Origin: Pseudomonadota bacterium
GTDB lineage: Bacteria; Pseudomonadota; Gammaproteobacteria; Steroidobacterales; Steroidobacteraceae
Assembly (NCBI GenBank): GCA_039930985.1
Contig: JBDTSV010000175.1
Location: 10,437-74,436 of the forward strand
Direction of reading: 5' to 3'
Length of the DNA: 64,000 bases
Position 1 is the first letter of the stretch. Each line of letters opens with the position of its first letter. Both the position numbers and the translations under genes were made by a program. The notes beneath the pieces were generated by a model, which had not been told where the DNA came from, did not search any database, and saw nothing but the letters and a program-made list of their open reading frames with translations. Positions 46,412 to 55,794 of this stretch are shown here, piece by piece.

Positions 46412-46702
46412 CGCCCGCAGTATCCGGTAACACCGCTGAATGCCGGGTGAATCTCCAGACGAATTTACATAGTGAGGCCTTGCTCACGAGGCTTCAGTTC
46501 GGTGCCACGCCGCCGATAACCGTCAACCATGATTGCCGCTATCCGCACCGGGATCGGCTCGCTTGTGGATCATTGGTTCCGCGGGGCGCGTGTACGAACG
46601 GGCGCGCTGGTGATCAACGATCGGCAGGGATGCCGGGAACCGCTTCGCCCGATGGGTTCCGCAGACGGTAGCCAGTGTCCGGGTGCGCATGCGGACATCG
46701 CC

Positions 46703-47593
46703 ATGCGGCGGTTCATGGCACATGCGCTCGATGCGAGTCTCGAGGAATTGCGCAACGAGGCAACTCCATCGGAGCTTGCCGAGCTTGCTCCGGCCATGCG
46801 CGTGCTCGGCAATCTCAAACTGCAAGCGAAATACCTTCCGCGCCGTCCATCGCTTTTGCCGCGGCTCATGACCGCCATCAACAACGACTCGAACTCGATG
46901 GGTGCGATGGCGAAGATCATTGGCGAGGACGGCACGCTCCTGAGTGGTCTCCTGAGGCTGGCAAACAGCTCTTTTTACCGACTGAGCGGAAACAAGCCAA
47001 TTGACAGCCTGGAGAAGGCGGTGGCGCTCGTGGGTACCGACGGATTGCGCTCGCTGGTGGCGACCGCTCTGCTGCACCCGGTCATGACCGGATCGCCAGG
47101 AGCCTTCTCCTCATTCGCCGAGGCAACCTGGGAGCACAGCCAATACTCCGCTGGGTGCGCCGAACTACATGCAGTTCGAATCGAGCAGGCCGATGCGTTC
47201 AGTGCGCGGCTGTTGGTATTGCTACTCGGCCTCGCGAGCAATGCCGTGTTCCGCGTCGCGCGAGAGCATTGTCTGGCCGAAGCACACGACGTGCGGCCGG
47301 CGGCCATGGCCAAATTGCTCGACGACTGGGTGCCCTTCATGGCGCTGCGCATCGCCGAGAATTGGCAGCTACCCGCGGACCTGTGCAACGTGCTCTCGGC
47401 CCCGGCCGTGCCGGGTCTGGCTCGCTCGCTGCGCTTCGGGCGACTGGCGGGCGCGCTGCTAGTGCTGGTGAATCGCGGGCACATGCGAGAGCTCTCGGCG
47501 CGCGCGATCGTGCTCGCCGACGATCACCGTCGCGCGCAAGTGGATCGATTGTGGTCGCGCCTCGCGATCATGCACCTCTCCGCCACGCGCTGA
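46703..47593 (+). CDS. HDOD-domain signalling protein
   Basis: LPRLMTAINNDSNSMGAMAKIIGEDGTLLSGLLRLANSSFY...IDSLEKAVALVGTDGLRSL is a typical HDOD core. The start is uncertain; the ORF is open from 46529. Confidence 0.7.
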   Translation: MRRFMAHALDASLEELRNEATPSELAELAPAMRVLGNLKLQAKYLPRRPSLLPRLMTAINNDSNSMGAMAKIIGEDGTLLSGLLRLANSSFYRLSGNKPIDSLEKAVALVGTDGLRSLVATALLHPVMTGSPGAFSSFAEATWEHSQYSAGCAELHAVRIEQADAFSARLLVLLLGLASNAVFRVAREHCLAEAHDVRPAAMAKLLDDWVPFMALRIAENWQLPADLCNVLSAPAVPGLARSLRFGRLAGALLVLVNRGHMRELSARAIVLADDHRRAQVDRLWSRLAIMHLSATR

Positions 47594-47597
47594 TCTG

Positions 47598-49100
47598 CTA
47601 CCACGGCGCCGATTTGTAGTCCTTCAGGAACTGTCCCCACACATGCTCGCCGGTGAGGCGTCCGGCGAAGATCGGGTCGACGATTCGCGCCGCGCCGTCG
47701 ATGATGTCGAGCGGCGGTGAGAATCCGGCCTCCGCCTTGCGCGCCGCGTGCACGGCGGGGTCTTCGTCGGTGATCCATCCGGTGTCCACGGCGTTCATGT
47801 GGATGCCATCCTTCACGAAGTCCGGCGCGCTCGTCCGGGTCATCATGTTCAGCGCCGCTTTTGCCATGTTGGTGTGCGCGTGCTTGTCGGTCTTCGTGGC
47901 CCGATAGAACTGCCCCTCGATCGCGCTGACATTGACGATGTGTTTGTGAGCACCGGCCGTACTCACCATGAGTGGCTTCAGGCGGGCGTTGAGGATGTAC
48001 GGCGCAATGGCGTTCACGAGTTGTACTTCCAGCAGCTCGGGTGTTTCGACTTCGTGCATGCGCAGACGCCAGCTGTTCATTTCCCGCAGATCGATTTGCT
48101 GCCGGTCCTCGTCGAAGCGATTCTCGGGGAACAGTGTCTCCCCGCCGCGGTAATCCTCGTCCAGATAGCGTCGCTGCGAGAGAGCGGCACTGCGCAAGAG
48201 ACCCTCGTGACTATGCTCCGCCGCCGCCATGAGCGAGGTAGGCGCGCGCGACCCTTCGAGCATGCGGCTCAGCTCGTCATGACTCGAAAGCACGCATCGC
48301 AGGTCCGTCGGCAGCGCGGCGATCGCTTGCGCTTCCCGCGCCAGCAGGTGCTGAAAGAATCCCGCCGGCCGCCGCACCGTCTGGCACGCGTTGTTGAGAA
48401 TGTAGTCGAGGCGCGGCAGTCGATCGGCCAAAAATCTCGTGAATAGCTCCACGCTCGGCGTGTGGCGCAGGTCCAGTCCGTGGATCTGTAGCCGTTCCCG
48501 ATACGAGGCGGCATCCGGCTCCTTCGAGTAGCGGTCGGCAGCATCGACCGGGAAGCGCGTGGTGACGATGACATTCGCGCCGGCGCGCAGTAGTTTGAGC
48601 GAAGCCTGGTAGCCGATCTTCACGCGCGCACCCGTGACGAGTGCGTAATGGCCGCTCAAGTCCGCGCTCTGCTCGCGCTTGGCGTAGTTGAAGTCGCCAC
48701 ACGGCTCGCACATCGAATCGTAGTAGCGATGCACTTTCGCAAAGGGCTGCTTGCAGACGTAACAATCGCGCTCGCGATTCAGACGGGGCCGCTCATCCAG
48801 GTCTTCGGGCTTCGGTGGTTCCAGCCACAGTGGGGTAAACACCTCTTTACGGCGCTGAATGCGCAAGCCCGCCTGCTCGAGTGCTTTGCGGTCATGCTCC
48901 TTCGCGGCTTCGCGTTCGGCGCGCCGAAAGGCCTTCGCCATCCTGACGAGACCTTGGCGCTCGGGCTTTGCGACCAGCCCGGCGAGGGTGAGCAACTCGC
49001 GACGCTGTTCCTGTGTAAAGCGCGTCAGATGTGAGCGATCCGCTTCGATCGCTTGCAGTACTCGTACGCACGTGCGCAGGTCGTCGTCTGAAATATCCAT
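47598..49100 (-). CDS. SDR-family oxidoreductase with an N-terminal helical and Cys-cluster extension
   Basis: ALVTGARVKIGYQASLKLLRAGANVIVTTRF Rossmann. About 150 aa precede it, including CYVCKQPF...CEPCGDF. Confidence 0.8.
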   Translation of the reverse strand: MDISDDDLRTCVRVLQAIEADRSHLTRFTQEQRRELLTLAGLVAKPERQGLVRMAKAFRRAEREAAKEHDRKALEQAGLRIQRRKEVFTPLWLEPPKPEDLDERPRLNRERDCYVCKQPFAKVHRYYDSMCEPCGDFNYAKREQSADLSGHYALVTGARVKIGYQASLKLLRAGANVIVTTRFPVDAADRYSKEPDAASYRERLQIHGLDLRHTPSVELFTRFLADRLPRLDYILNNACQTVRRPAGFFQHLLAREAQAIAALPTDLRCVLSSHDELSRMLEGSRAPTSLMAAAEHSHEGLLRSAALSQRRYLDEDYRGGETLFPENRFDEDRQQIDLREMNSWRLRMHEVETPELLEVQLVNAIAPYILNARLKPLMVSTAGAHKHIVNVSAIEGQFYRATKTDKHAHTNMAKAALNMMTRTSAPDFVKDGIHMNAVDTGWITDEDPAVHAARKAEAGFSPPLDIIDGAARIVDPIFAGRLTGEHVWGQFLKDYKSAPW

Positions 49101-49365
49101 GCGAGCATTGTATGGGTCCGCCGGACGGGAGGCTGCCCGGCCGCGCAGCGTGATTGAAGGACAGACCCTTTCGCTCGCGCTACTCTCGCGAGGGAATCAT
49201 CATGTCGCGCCACCAGTGTCCCTGCTGTCAGGATAACTTCACGCGTCGAGACGTTCTCAAAGCGTCCGGCTCTGGCGTGCTGCTCGCCGTGGCCGGAAGC
49301 ATTGTGGCCGCGCACCCGCGGCGGCTGCCCAAGACCACGCTGTTATTGCGCCCCGGCATTCCCGG

Positions 49366-51195
49366 TTGCAGCCCAATCCCTCGTCCGCGGTCCGGCTGCT
49401 GCCGGGCAGTGCGTTCTACGATCGGCAGCAGCTGCATCGCCGCGGTTACCTGGCGTCGTTAGACCCGGATCGACTGTTGTTTCACTACCGGGCGGTGGCC
49501 GGGTTGCCGCAGCCCGATGGTGTCACGAGAGGATACGAAGGCTGGGACAGCGGATTCTTGCGCGGGCACATGGCGGGGCACTACCTGTCCGCCGCCTCCC
49601 GAATGGCGGTAGCCACCGGCGACTCGCACTTCCGCAAGCAGGTGGCGTACATGGTGCGGGTGTTGGTTGACTGCCAGCGGGCATTGGCGCTGAGCGGCTA
49701 TCTAGCGGCCTTTCCTCCCGCCGTTTTCGACTGGCTGGAAGGCAAGGCCGTGGACAACGGCGGTATCGTGGTGCCGTATTACACGGTCCACAAGCTCATT
49801 GCCGGCATGCTCGACGCGCATGTTCTTCTGGCTATCCCGCAGGCGCTCCCGGTCGTGGAGAAAATGGCCAACTACTTCGCGAAGCGCTGCGCGGCACTCG
49901 ACGCCCCACAGCTGGAGCGCATCTTCCGCACCGACCAGAGCCGTAATCCGCAAAACGAGTTCGGCGCGATGAGCGACGTTCTGGCCCAGCTTTTCGAGGT
50001 CACGGGCAATCGCAGTCATCTCGACCTGGCGCAGCTGTTCAATCGCGCCTGGTTCGTCGATCCGCTCGCCAGAGGCGAAGACCGACTGCCGGGATTGCAC
50101 GCCAACACCCACATCGCCGCTGCCATCGGACTCGCGCGCTGCGCCAATCTCAGCGGTGACGTGCAGCAACGGATGGCCGCGGAAAATTTCTGGCGGCTGG
50201 TCACGCGCGATCACTCCTTCGTCAACGGCGGGAATTCGTTCAACGAGTGGTTCGATCGACCGGGCGTGGAAACCGGTGCGAGCATTGACGGCGGCAAGCC
50301 GCTGCCGGCGACGACCGCGGAAAGCTGCAACACGCACAACATGCTGAAGCTCACCGCGCTGCTGTTCGCGAATCGTGCCGACGCGGGATACGCGGACTTT
50401 CAGGAGCGCGCGCTGTACAACCATCTTCTCGCGACCGTCGCGCCGGACACCGGGGCGATGACCTATTTCATGCCGATGCGCGGCAACTTCCGGACTTTTC
50501 TCGACGGCACCTTTTGTTGCACGGGCACCGGCATCGAGAACACGCCGCGCTACGGGGACGCCATCTGTTTTCGGCGCCAACGGGATCTGTGGTTCAACCT
50601 GTACATTCCCGCCGAGCTCGACTGGGGTGATACCGGATGGTCACTGCGTCAAGAAGGTGACATCACGCGCGCAGAGGCGGTACGCATCACCATCGTCAAG
50701 GCAGCGACCGGATTGGCGACGCTGAATTTCCGGATACCGCTCTGGGTTTCCGCGCCTGCGATTCTGGAATTGAACGGCAGCGTCTACGCCAGCGCAGGCG
50801 CGGATCCGCGCTACATCTCGATCAAGCGCAAGTGGCGCGCCGGCGATGTGGTTCGTCTCACGCTGCCTGCTTCTCTGCGGATCGAGCGCGCGAAAGACGA
50901 TCCTTCCATGGTGGCGGTGTTCTTCGGGCCCGTGCTGCTGGCTGGCGAGCTCGGCCGCGCAAACATGCCCGGCGACTTCGCCGACAAGGATGCCAATCTC
51001 AAGGTTCCCGCCGTGGAAGTGCCAGACATCGCGAGCGCCTCAGCCAACCCCGTCGATTGGCTGCACGCCGTGCCCGGCGAGTCGTTGGCGTTTACCGCTC
51101 ATGCTGCCGGTCCCGCGAGCGGCAGGGTATTCCGGCCGCTGTACGACATTCGGCACCAGCGATTTTCCATCTACTGGCGAATGCGGCCGACGTGA
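49366..51195 (+). CDS. glycoside hydrolase family 127 (beta-L-arabinofuranosidase-like, DUF1680)
   Basis: VRLLPGSAFYDRQ, GHYLSAASRM, ESCNTHNMLKL and CCTGTGIEN are GH127-type motifs. The only in-frame start is the TTG at 49366. A Tat leader lies upstream in another frame (see findings). Confidence 0.85.
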   Translation: MQPNPSSAVRLLPGSAFYDRQQLHRRGYLASLDPDRLLFHYRAVAGLPQPDGVTRGYEGWDSGFLRGHMAGHYLSAASRMAVATGDSHFRKQVAYMVRVLVDCQRALALSGYLAAFPPAVFDWLEGKAVDNGGIVVPYYTVHKLIAGMLDAHVLLAIPQALPVVEKMANYFAKRCAALDAPQLERIFRTDQSRNPQNEFGAMSDVLAQLFEVTGNRSHLDLAQLFNRAWFVDPLARGEDRLPGLHANTHIAAAIGLARCANLSGDVQQRMAAENFWRLVTRDHSFVNGGNSFNEWFDRPGVETGASIDGGKPLPATTAESCNTHNMLKLTALLFANRADAGYADFQERALYNHLLATVAPDTGAMTYFMPMRGNFRTFLDGTFCCTGTGIENTPRYGDAICFRRQRDLWFNLYIPAELDWGDTGWSLRQEGDITRAEAVRITIVKAATGLATLNFRIPLWVSAPAILELNGSVYASAGADPRYISIKRKWRAGDVVRLTLPASLRIERAKDDPSMVAVFFGPVLLAGELGRANMPGDFADKDANLKVPAVEVPDIASASANPVDWLHAVPGESLAFTAHAAGPASGRVFRPLYDIRHQRFSIYWRMRPT

Positions 51196-51207
51196 TCGCC
51201 GTGGTTG

Positions 51208-52128
51208 CTACCGCGCGAGCGGCGGGCCGACGGATTTGGCGCCGGCGCCCGGAAAAGTCGCCGGTACGGGATAGTTAGCCGCGCGGTGCGCCAGCCACTG
51301 CACGCCGCGAATCAGCGAGGTTTGCACGCCCACATCCCGTACCGTGACCGGGTCTACGTCGCCCTTCCAGACGTGCCCGAACGTCGAGGTGTATACGCGG
51401 CCCCGCCCGTAACGCACCGTCCATTCCGTCGGCCAATTCATCTGCGTCTTCGGCTCGTGGGCGTATGACAGGATTTGCAGGTGCTTGGCCGGGCCGCGCA
51501 CGTAGTAATAGACCTCGATGTCGGCAGCAGTCCATTGTCGTGGCATGCCGTGCTGGATCGGGTGATCGCCCACGCGCGTGATCAGGGCGTCGAAGCGTGC
51601 GCCATGTCCCGTGTTCTCGCCCTCGCCGGGAGCAAATCGCAACAACTTGCCATCGTCGCCGACCGCGATGGCAGTGCCGTAGCTCTTGTCGCGCCAGCCC
51701 ATGCCGATCATCGCGTTGTATTCCGGCCAGTTCGCGAAGGCGTTGTTTCCCGAGTGCCAGACGTACAGGCCGCCGCCGCGGCGCACGTAGCGTTCGAGCG
51801 ATTCGCGGACCGGTCCGGGCCAGCTCGGTCCGCCGTTGATGTCATTGCATTGCTGTATGACCACGTCGTAGTCATCGAAGCGCGGCCGCCACTTGTCCCA
51901 ACCCGGTGCTCCGGCGTCGGGCGGAGACGTCGACACGTCGACCACGAACAATCCGCTGGGCTGGAGGATCGAGCGGATGGATCGGGTCGTGAGGCGCCAG
52001 TCGTGGTTGCTGAAGCCATCGACGATGAGCACGCGGATTTTCGGTTCCGAACCGCGCGCCTCGACATCAGGGGCCATGACCGCGCCTGACAATCCGACGC
52101 ACAGAAAACAGAACAGGATCCTGCTCAT
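51208..52128 (-). CDS. ThuA-domain (trehalose-utilisation-like) protein
   Basis: Signal peptide MSRILFCFLCVGLSGAVMA. Motifs KIRVLIVDGFSNHDW and GGGLYVWHSGNNAFANWPEY. The ORF track extension to 52335 was rejected. Confidence 0.8.
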   Translation of the reverse strand: MSRILFCFLCVGLSGAVMAPDVEARGSEPKIRVLIVDGFSNHDWRLTTRSIRSILQPSGLFVVDVSTSPPDAGAPGWDKWRPRFDDYDVVIQQCNDINGGPSWPGPVRESLERYVRRGGGLYVWHSGNNAFANWPEYNAMIGMGWRDKSYGTAIAVGDDGKLLRFAPGEGENTGHGARFDALITRVGDHPIQHGMPRQWTAADIEVYYYVRGPAKHLQILSYAHEPKTQMNWPTEWTVRYGRGRVYTSTFGHVWKGDVDPVTVRDVGVQTSLIRGVQWLAHRAANYPVPATFPGAGAKSVGPPLAR

Positions 52129-52148
52129 GGACACTCCAGACTCGGCTG

Positions 52149-53858
52149 TTACGGCACGGTTGCGAGGACGACCTCGATCAACTTCACGGACTGGCGCGGC
52201 AGCGAGAGCTTCAGCTGCACATTGCCCGCGGAAGTGCGCATCACCTTGCGCGCAACCGCTTGCATCTTTGCGGCGGCGTGCAACTTGGCGATCTGCTCCG
52301 CAGTGGGCGGTTGCGGCGAGCCCATCGCCAGCCACGCGGTGTAGGCATTGCCGGAATGCTCATCGATCGAGTATTCAACCGCGCGCAGGCCGCGGCCGCC
52401 GCGCGGCAGGCCAGCGAGCGTGAGCTGCACCTCGCGGCGGTTGTCATACCCGCCAGCCACATCGTGGTAGTTCCACAGCAGAATGGTGAGACGCGATCGC
52501 GCGCTGTCGAGGGATGCGACGGCACCGAGATCGGATTCCCCACGCACGCTGTCGGCGATGATCGCGTCGACCGGAATCATGGACGGTGCGTCGACGGCGA
52601 CGCGCTGACGGCCGAGCCGCGCGAACAACTCGAAAGTGTTGAACACCGGCAGCGCAACTTCGTTGGTCGTGAGCGCGCGCAGTCCATTGAACCAGGGCTG
52701 CTCGGCGAACGTGAAGGCCCACGACACGGCGCCCTGCAGATTCCCGCCACTACGTGCCAGCAGGTCCTGTTTGCGCATGAACGAGGCGGCCGTGTAGGCG
52801 GCGAACTGCGACGTGCGGCGGTAGTCGCGCTCCGGGTCCAGTGTTGCCGGGCAGCCCGCACAGCCTTCCGGGTCGGACTCGCCAATGTAGACAGGCAGGT
52901 GCGCGAACTCGGGAAAGCCCGCGATGACGCGGCCGTAGGTGTCGATGGTCTTGAGGTGATTGCGCAGATTCATTTCCACGCGACCCTGTTCGTCGAGGCG
53001 CGTCGTGCCCTTGGCATGGAATGCCACGAAGTCGAGCGGCGCGCCGATTCCACCAGTCACGGCGTTCCTGCCGGAACGACAATGTTCGAGAAAGGCCTGC
53101 ATGAATAAATCGCCGTTCTTCCAGCCTGGGTCGGTGACATGCGGCCCGCCGACGCGCGCCTTGGGCAACGCGCGTTTCACCGCGGCCGCGAAATGATCGT
53201 AGAGCTGGAAATACTCGTCCTTCGTCCCGCGCCAATACGACGACTCGGGTTCATTCCAGAGTTCCCAAAGCCAGGAGGACGCGCGCTCGGCGCCGTAGCG
53301 CTCGGCGCTGTGGCGCGCCCACGTCTCGATGAGTGCCTCCCATTTCTGGTAGTCCTTCGGTGGATAGAAGGCGCCGCCGGAAACCATGTCGCGCGGCAAA
53401 CCCGACTTCACCAGCGTCGGCGTGTACGGCTCGGGTCGCGACGAAAGCGCCTGCGGCATGAAGCCCGCCTGTACGAAAGGTTCGATGCCCGGACGGGTGA
53501 GTTCATCCAAGATGGCGTCGAGACGCGTCCAGTCGTAACGCGCGTTGCCCGCGGCGTCCTCGGTGTAGACGTTGGTGCTCGACCACTTCAGCGCGAGCGT
53601 GCCATCGCCGCTGGTGAGCAGATGATGCACGCGGATGCGGATGGGCTCGTCGCTGAGCGCGTTCAGCTTCGAAAGCAAATCTCGCCCTTCGCGAGTCAGC
53701 GTCGTGCCGGCTTCGTCATAGCCGAAGTAATTCCAGATGGGCCGGATCTCGCCCACCACGCGGTCGGCGTGAACGGTCACCGGAACTGGCTCCGCGTGCA
53801 GCAGGCCGGCGAAGCAGAGAAGCGGCGGGACGAGCAGGCGCGCGGTATTCATGCGCAT
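52149..53858 (-). CDS. glycoside hydrolase family 39-like (beta-xylosidase/alpha-L-iduronidase clan)
   Basis: YDWTRLDAILDELTRPGIEPFVQAGFMPQAL and PPKDYQKWEALIE...WLWELWNEPE parallel the GH39 XynB motifs. Signal peptide begins MRMNTARLLVPPLLCFAGLLHA. Confidence 0.8.
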   Translation of the reverse strand: MRMNTARLLVPPLLCFAGLLHAEPVPVTVHADRVVGEIRPIWNYFGYDEAGTTLTREGRDLLSKLNALSDEPIRIRVHHLLTSGDGTLALKWSSTNVYTEDAAGNARYDWTRLDAILDELTRPGIEPFVQAGFMPQALSSRPEPYTPTLVKSGLPRDMVSGGAFYPPKDYQKWEALIETWARHSAERYGAERASSWLWELWNEPESSYWRGTKDEYFQLYDHFAAAVKRALPKARVGGPHVTDPGWKNGDLFMQAFLEHCRSGRNAVTGGIGAPLDFVAFHAKGTTRLDEQGRVEMNLRNHLKTIDTYGRVIAGFPEFAHLPVYIGESDPEGCAGCPATLDPERDYRRTSQFAAYTAASFMRKQDLLARSGGNLQGAVSWAFTFAEQPWFNGLRALTTNEVALPVFNTFELFARLGRQRVAVDAPSMIPVDAIIADSVRGESDLGAVASLDSARSRLTILLWNYHDVAGGYDNRREVQLTLAGLPRGGRGLRAVEYSIDEHSGNAYTAWLAMGSPQPPTAEQIAKLHAAAKMQAVARKVMRTSAGNVQLKLSLPRQSVKLIEVVLATVP

Positions 53859-53924
53859 AGCGTACCGCGTTCTCCCAGAATCTCCCCAGATGCCACATCG
53901 CGCAAATAGGTAGCTCGTCATCGC

Positions 53925-54970
53925 TTAGGGGATGGCGGGGAGATTCGCTTGCATGGTCTTCCCAGTGGCCAAGTCCACCGCGAAAACCGTCTCTCCGTGC
54001 AGCGCCTCCCGCAACAGCCAGATGACGATCTGGCTCTTTGCGACGTACCGGCGGGTGACGTGATCGGATCTACCGAATTCGCCCGGCAGGTCGACCACGA
54101 GGTCAGGTCTTCCCGGACGAACGACGACGACGTGAGTCGTGGCCTTGCCGATGACTTCATGGATTCGAAGGTCGGGCGCGACACCTATCAAGCTACTCTC
54201 TGGAGAATCACGATCTGCGGATCGGGATTGCGGGCTCGACAGTTCGAGCGGTGCGCCCGGTGTTGCGAATCGATCGAACTCCTGGACCTTGGAAGGAAGA
54301 GCCAAGTCGATACGGAAAAGCAGATCTCGCCCACCCCAAGCGTAGACGTATTTGTCACCGAGAATGGAAGCGAACACCAGCTCACCGACCTGCGGAAAAC
54401 GAAGGCCGTTCTCCGAGTTCGTGACGATTCGCGTCGCGGAATGATACGGAGGCTCGAATCGATAGACGGCACTTCGATCCAGGCAAGCGAAGTACAGGAC
54501 ACGTGAGTCTTGGAGATCAAAGTCGAGATGTCCGTCACACGATATGTTCGCTGCTTGACGAAGGTGATTCGCCATTTCCTCTCCACGGCGAAGCTGGATT
54601 CGACCTCCGTCTTCGAATGTCACCAGATCCACGTCCCAGGGCCTGCTGAGCGGCTCGGACGGAATGACCCTCACACCGACGTCACGAGCCTTTCCCGAGT
54701 CAGATTCAACTCTACGACTTCGAAGCGCTGCTCCTTGAGCTTCGGTGTGCCGCGTTCGGGTATCGGCAGCCAACTACTTTCTTCTGTTTTCGTATAGCGC
54801 GTGAAGTAGAGCGCATGTCGCTCGGAAGCGAAGCCGCCCCAGACGTAAGACGTTGACGCCCTGTTTTCGCAGGACGTCAACGTCGACAGCGTTGCGCAAA
54901 GGACTGCCAGTCTCGCTATCGCGAGAACCGAACCGACACGTTGCGCATGGACTTCACGGATTGCGCTCAT
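53925..54970 (-). pseudogene. hypothetical lipoprotein, apparently split by a frameshift near 54671-54700
   Basis: The lipobox leader MSAIREVHAQRVGSVLAIARLAVLCATLSTLTSC and about 65 further residues end at a TGA at 54671. The 282-aa body ORF (53925-54773) is in another frame and lacks any leader. GC is lower by eye. Confidence 0.5.
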
Positions 54971-55398
54971 GGATGAAAGATCTGCTCCAAAGTCAGGTTC
55001 TGATACGGGTTCGCGAACGGAGCTACCGGTGGGTGCCTCCCTCGGTTCGAATGCCAGGTACCCCAACCCGGGTCCCTGTGCGCCGGTTCGGCTCTGCACG
55101 AAGTTGGCAGAGTCGCTCCGCAGGTATTCCATCGCAAGTTTATTGAAGTGCTCGGTATTGGAATGGACTCCGGTCAATTGGTTTGCCTGATCAAAGATCG
55201 GGAGCCAGTGCTGAAGCCCCACCTCGCGAGCGGTATACATAGACACGCCCGGGTCGAACGCGCATCGAGCGAAGTGAGCATGTTTGGAACCTGGGACCAC
55301 AACGCAAGAGTGGCCGCAAATTTTTCTGGCGTGATGCCACCGGGCATCCTCTTTTCCTGTCGGCCCCACAACGCGGTCCGGTTGCTGGTGGTCGATCC

Positions 55399-55776
55399 CT
55401 AGCCAGGGCGTGCGGCTCGAAAGAGCTCCACGCATAGCGCCACGCCGACACCAATCGCTCCGACTACCGCCAGCAGCACTGCCGCGGCTGCGCAATCTTT
55501 CACGATGCGAATCGCCGGATGCAGATCCGGATGCAGATGATCGGCGAGATGTTCGATCGCGGTATTGAACAGTTCGGCCGCCAGCACGCCGGCGCTGGCC
55601 AGAATGACCAGTGCCCACCACAGCGGCGCCGGTCGCAGAATCGCCAATGTGATGATCACCAGGAACAGGATCAACGCCTGCGTCCTCAAGCTCCGTTCCG
55701 AACGTAATGCGTGACCGAGGCCAGCCAGCGCGAACCGTAGTCGCCTGACAAAAGAAAGATTCTTTTGATCGTCCAT
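55399..55776 (-). CDS. dgkA: diacylglycerol kinase
   Basis: 125-aa three-TM protein with RRLRFALAGLGHALRSERSLR and AELFNTAIEHLADHL, typical of DgkA. Confidence 0.88.
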   Translation of the reverse strand: MDDQKNLSFVRRLRFALAGLGHALRSERSLRTQALILFLVIITLAILRPAPLWWALVILASAGVLAAELFNTAIEHLADHLHPDLHPAIRIVKDCAAAAVLLAVVGAIGVGVALCVELFRAARPG

Positions 55777-55794
55777 CAGCCGCAGCTCCGATCT

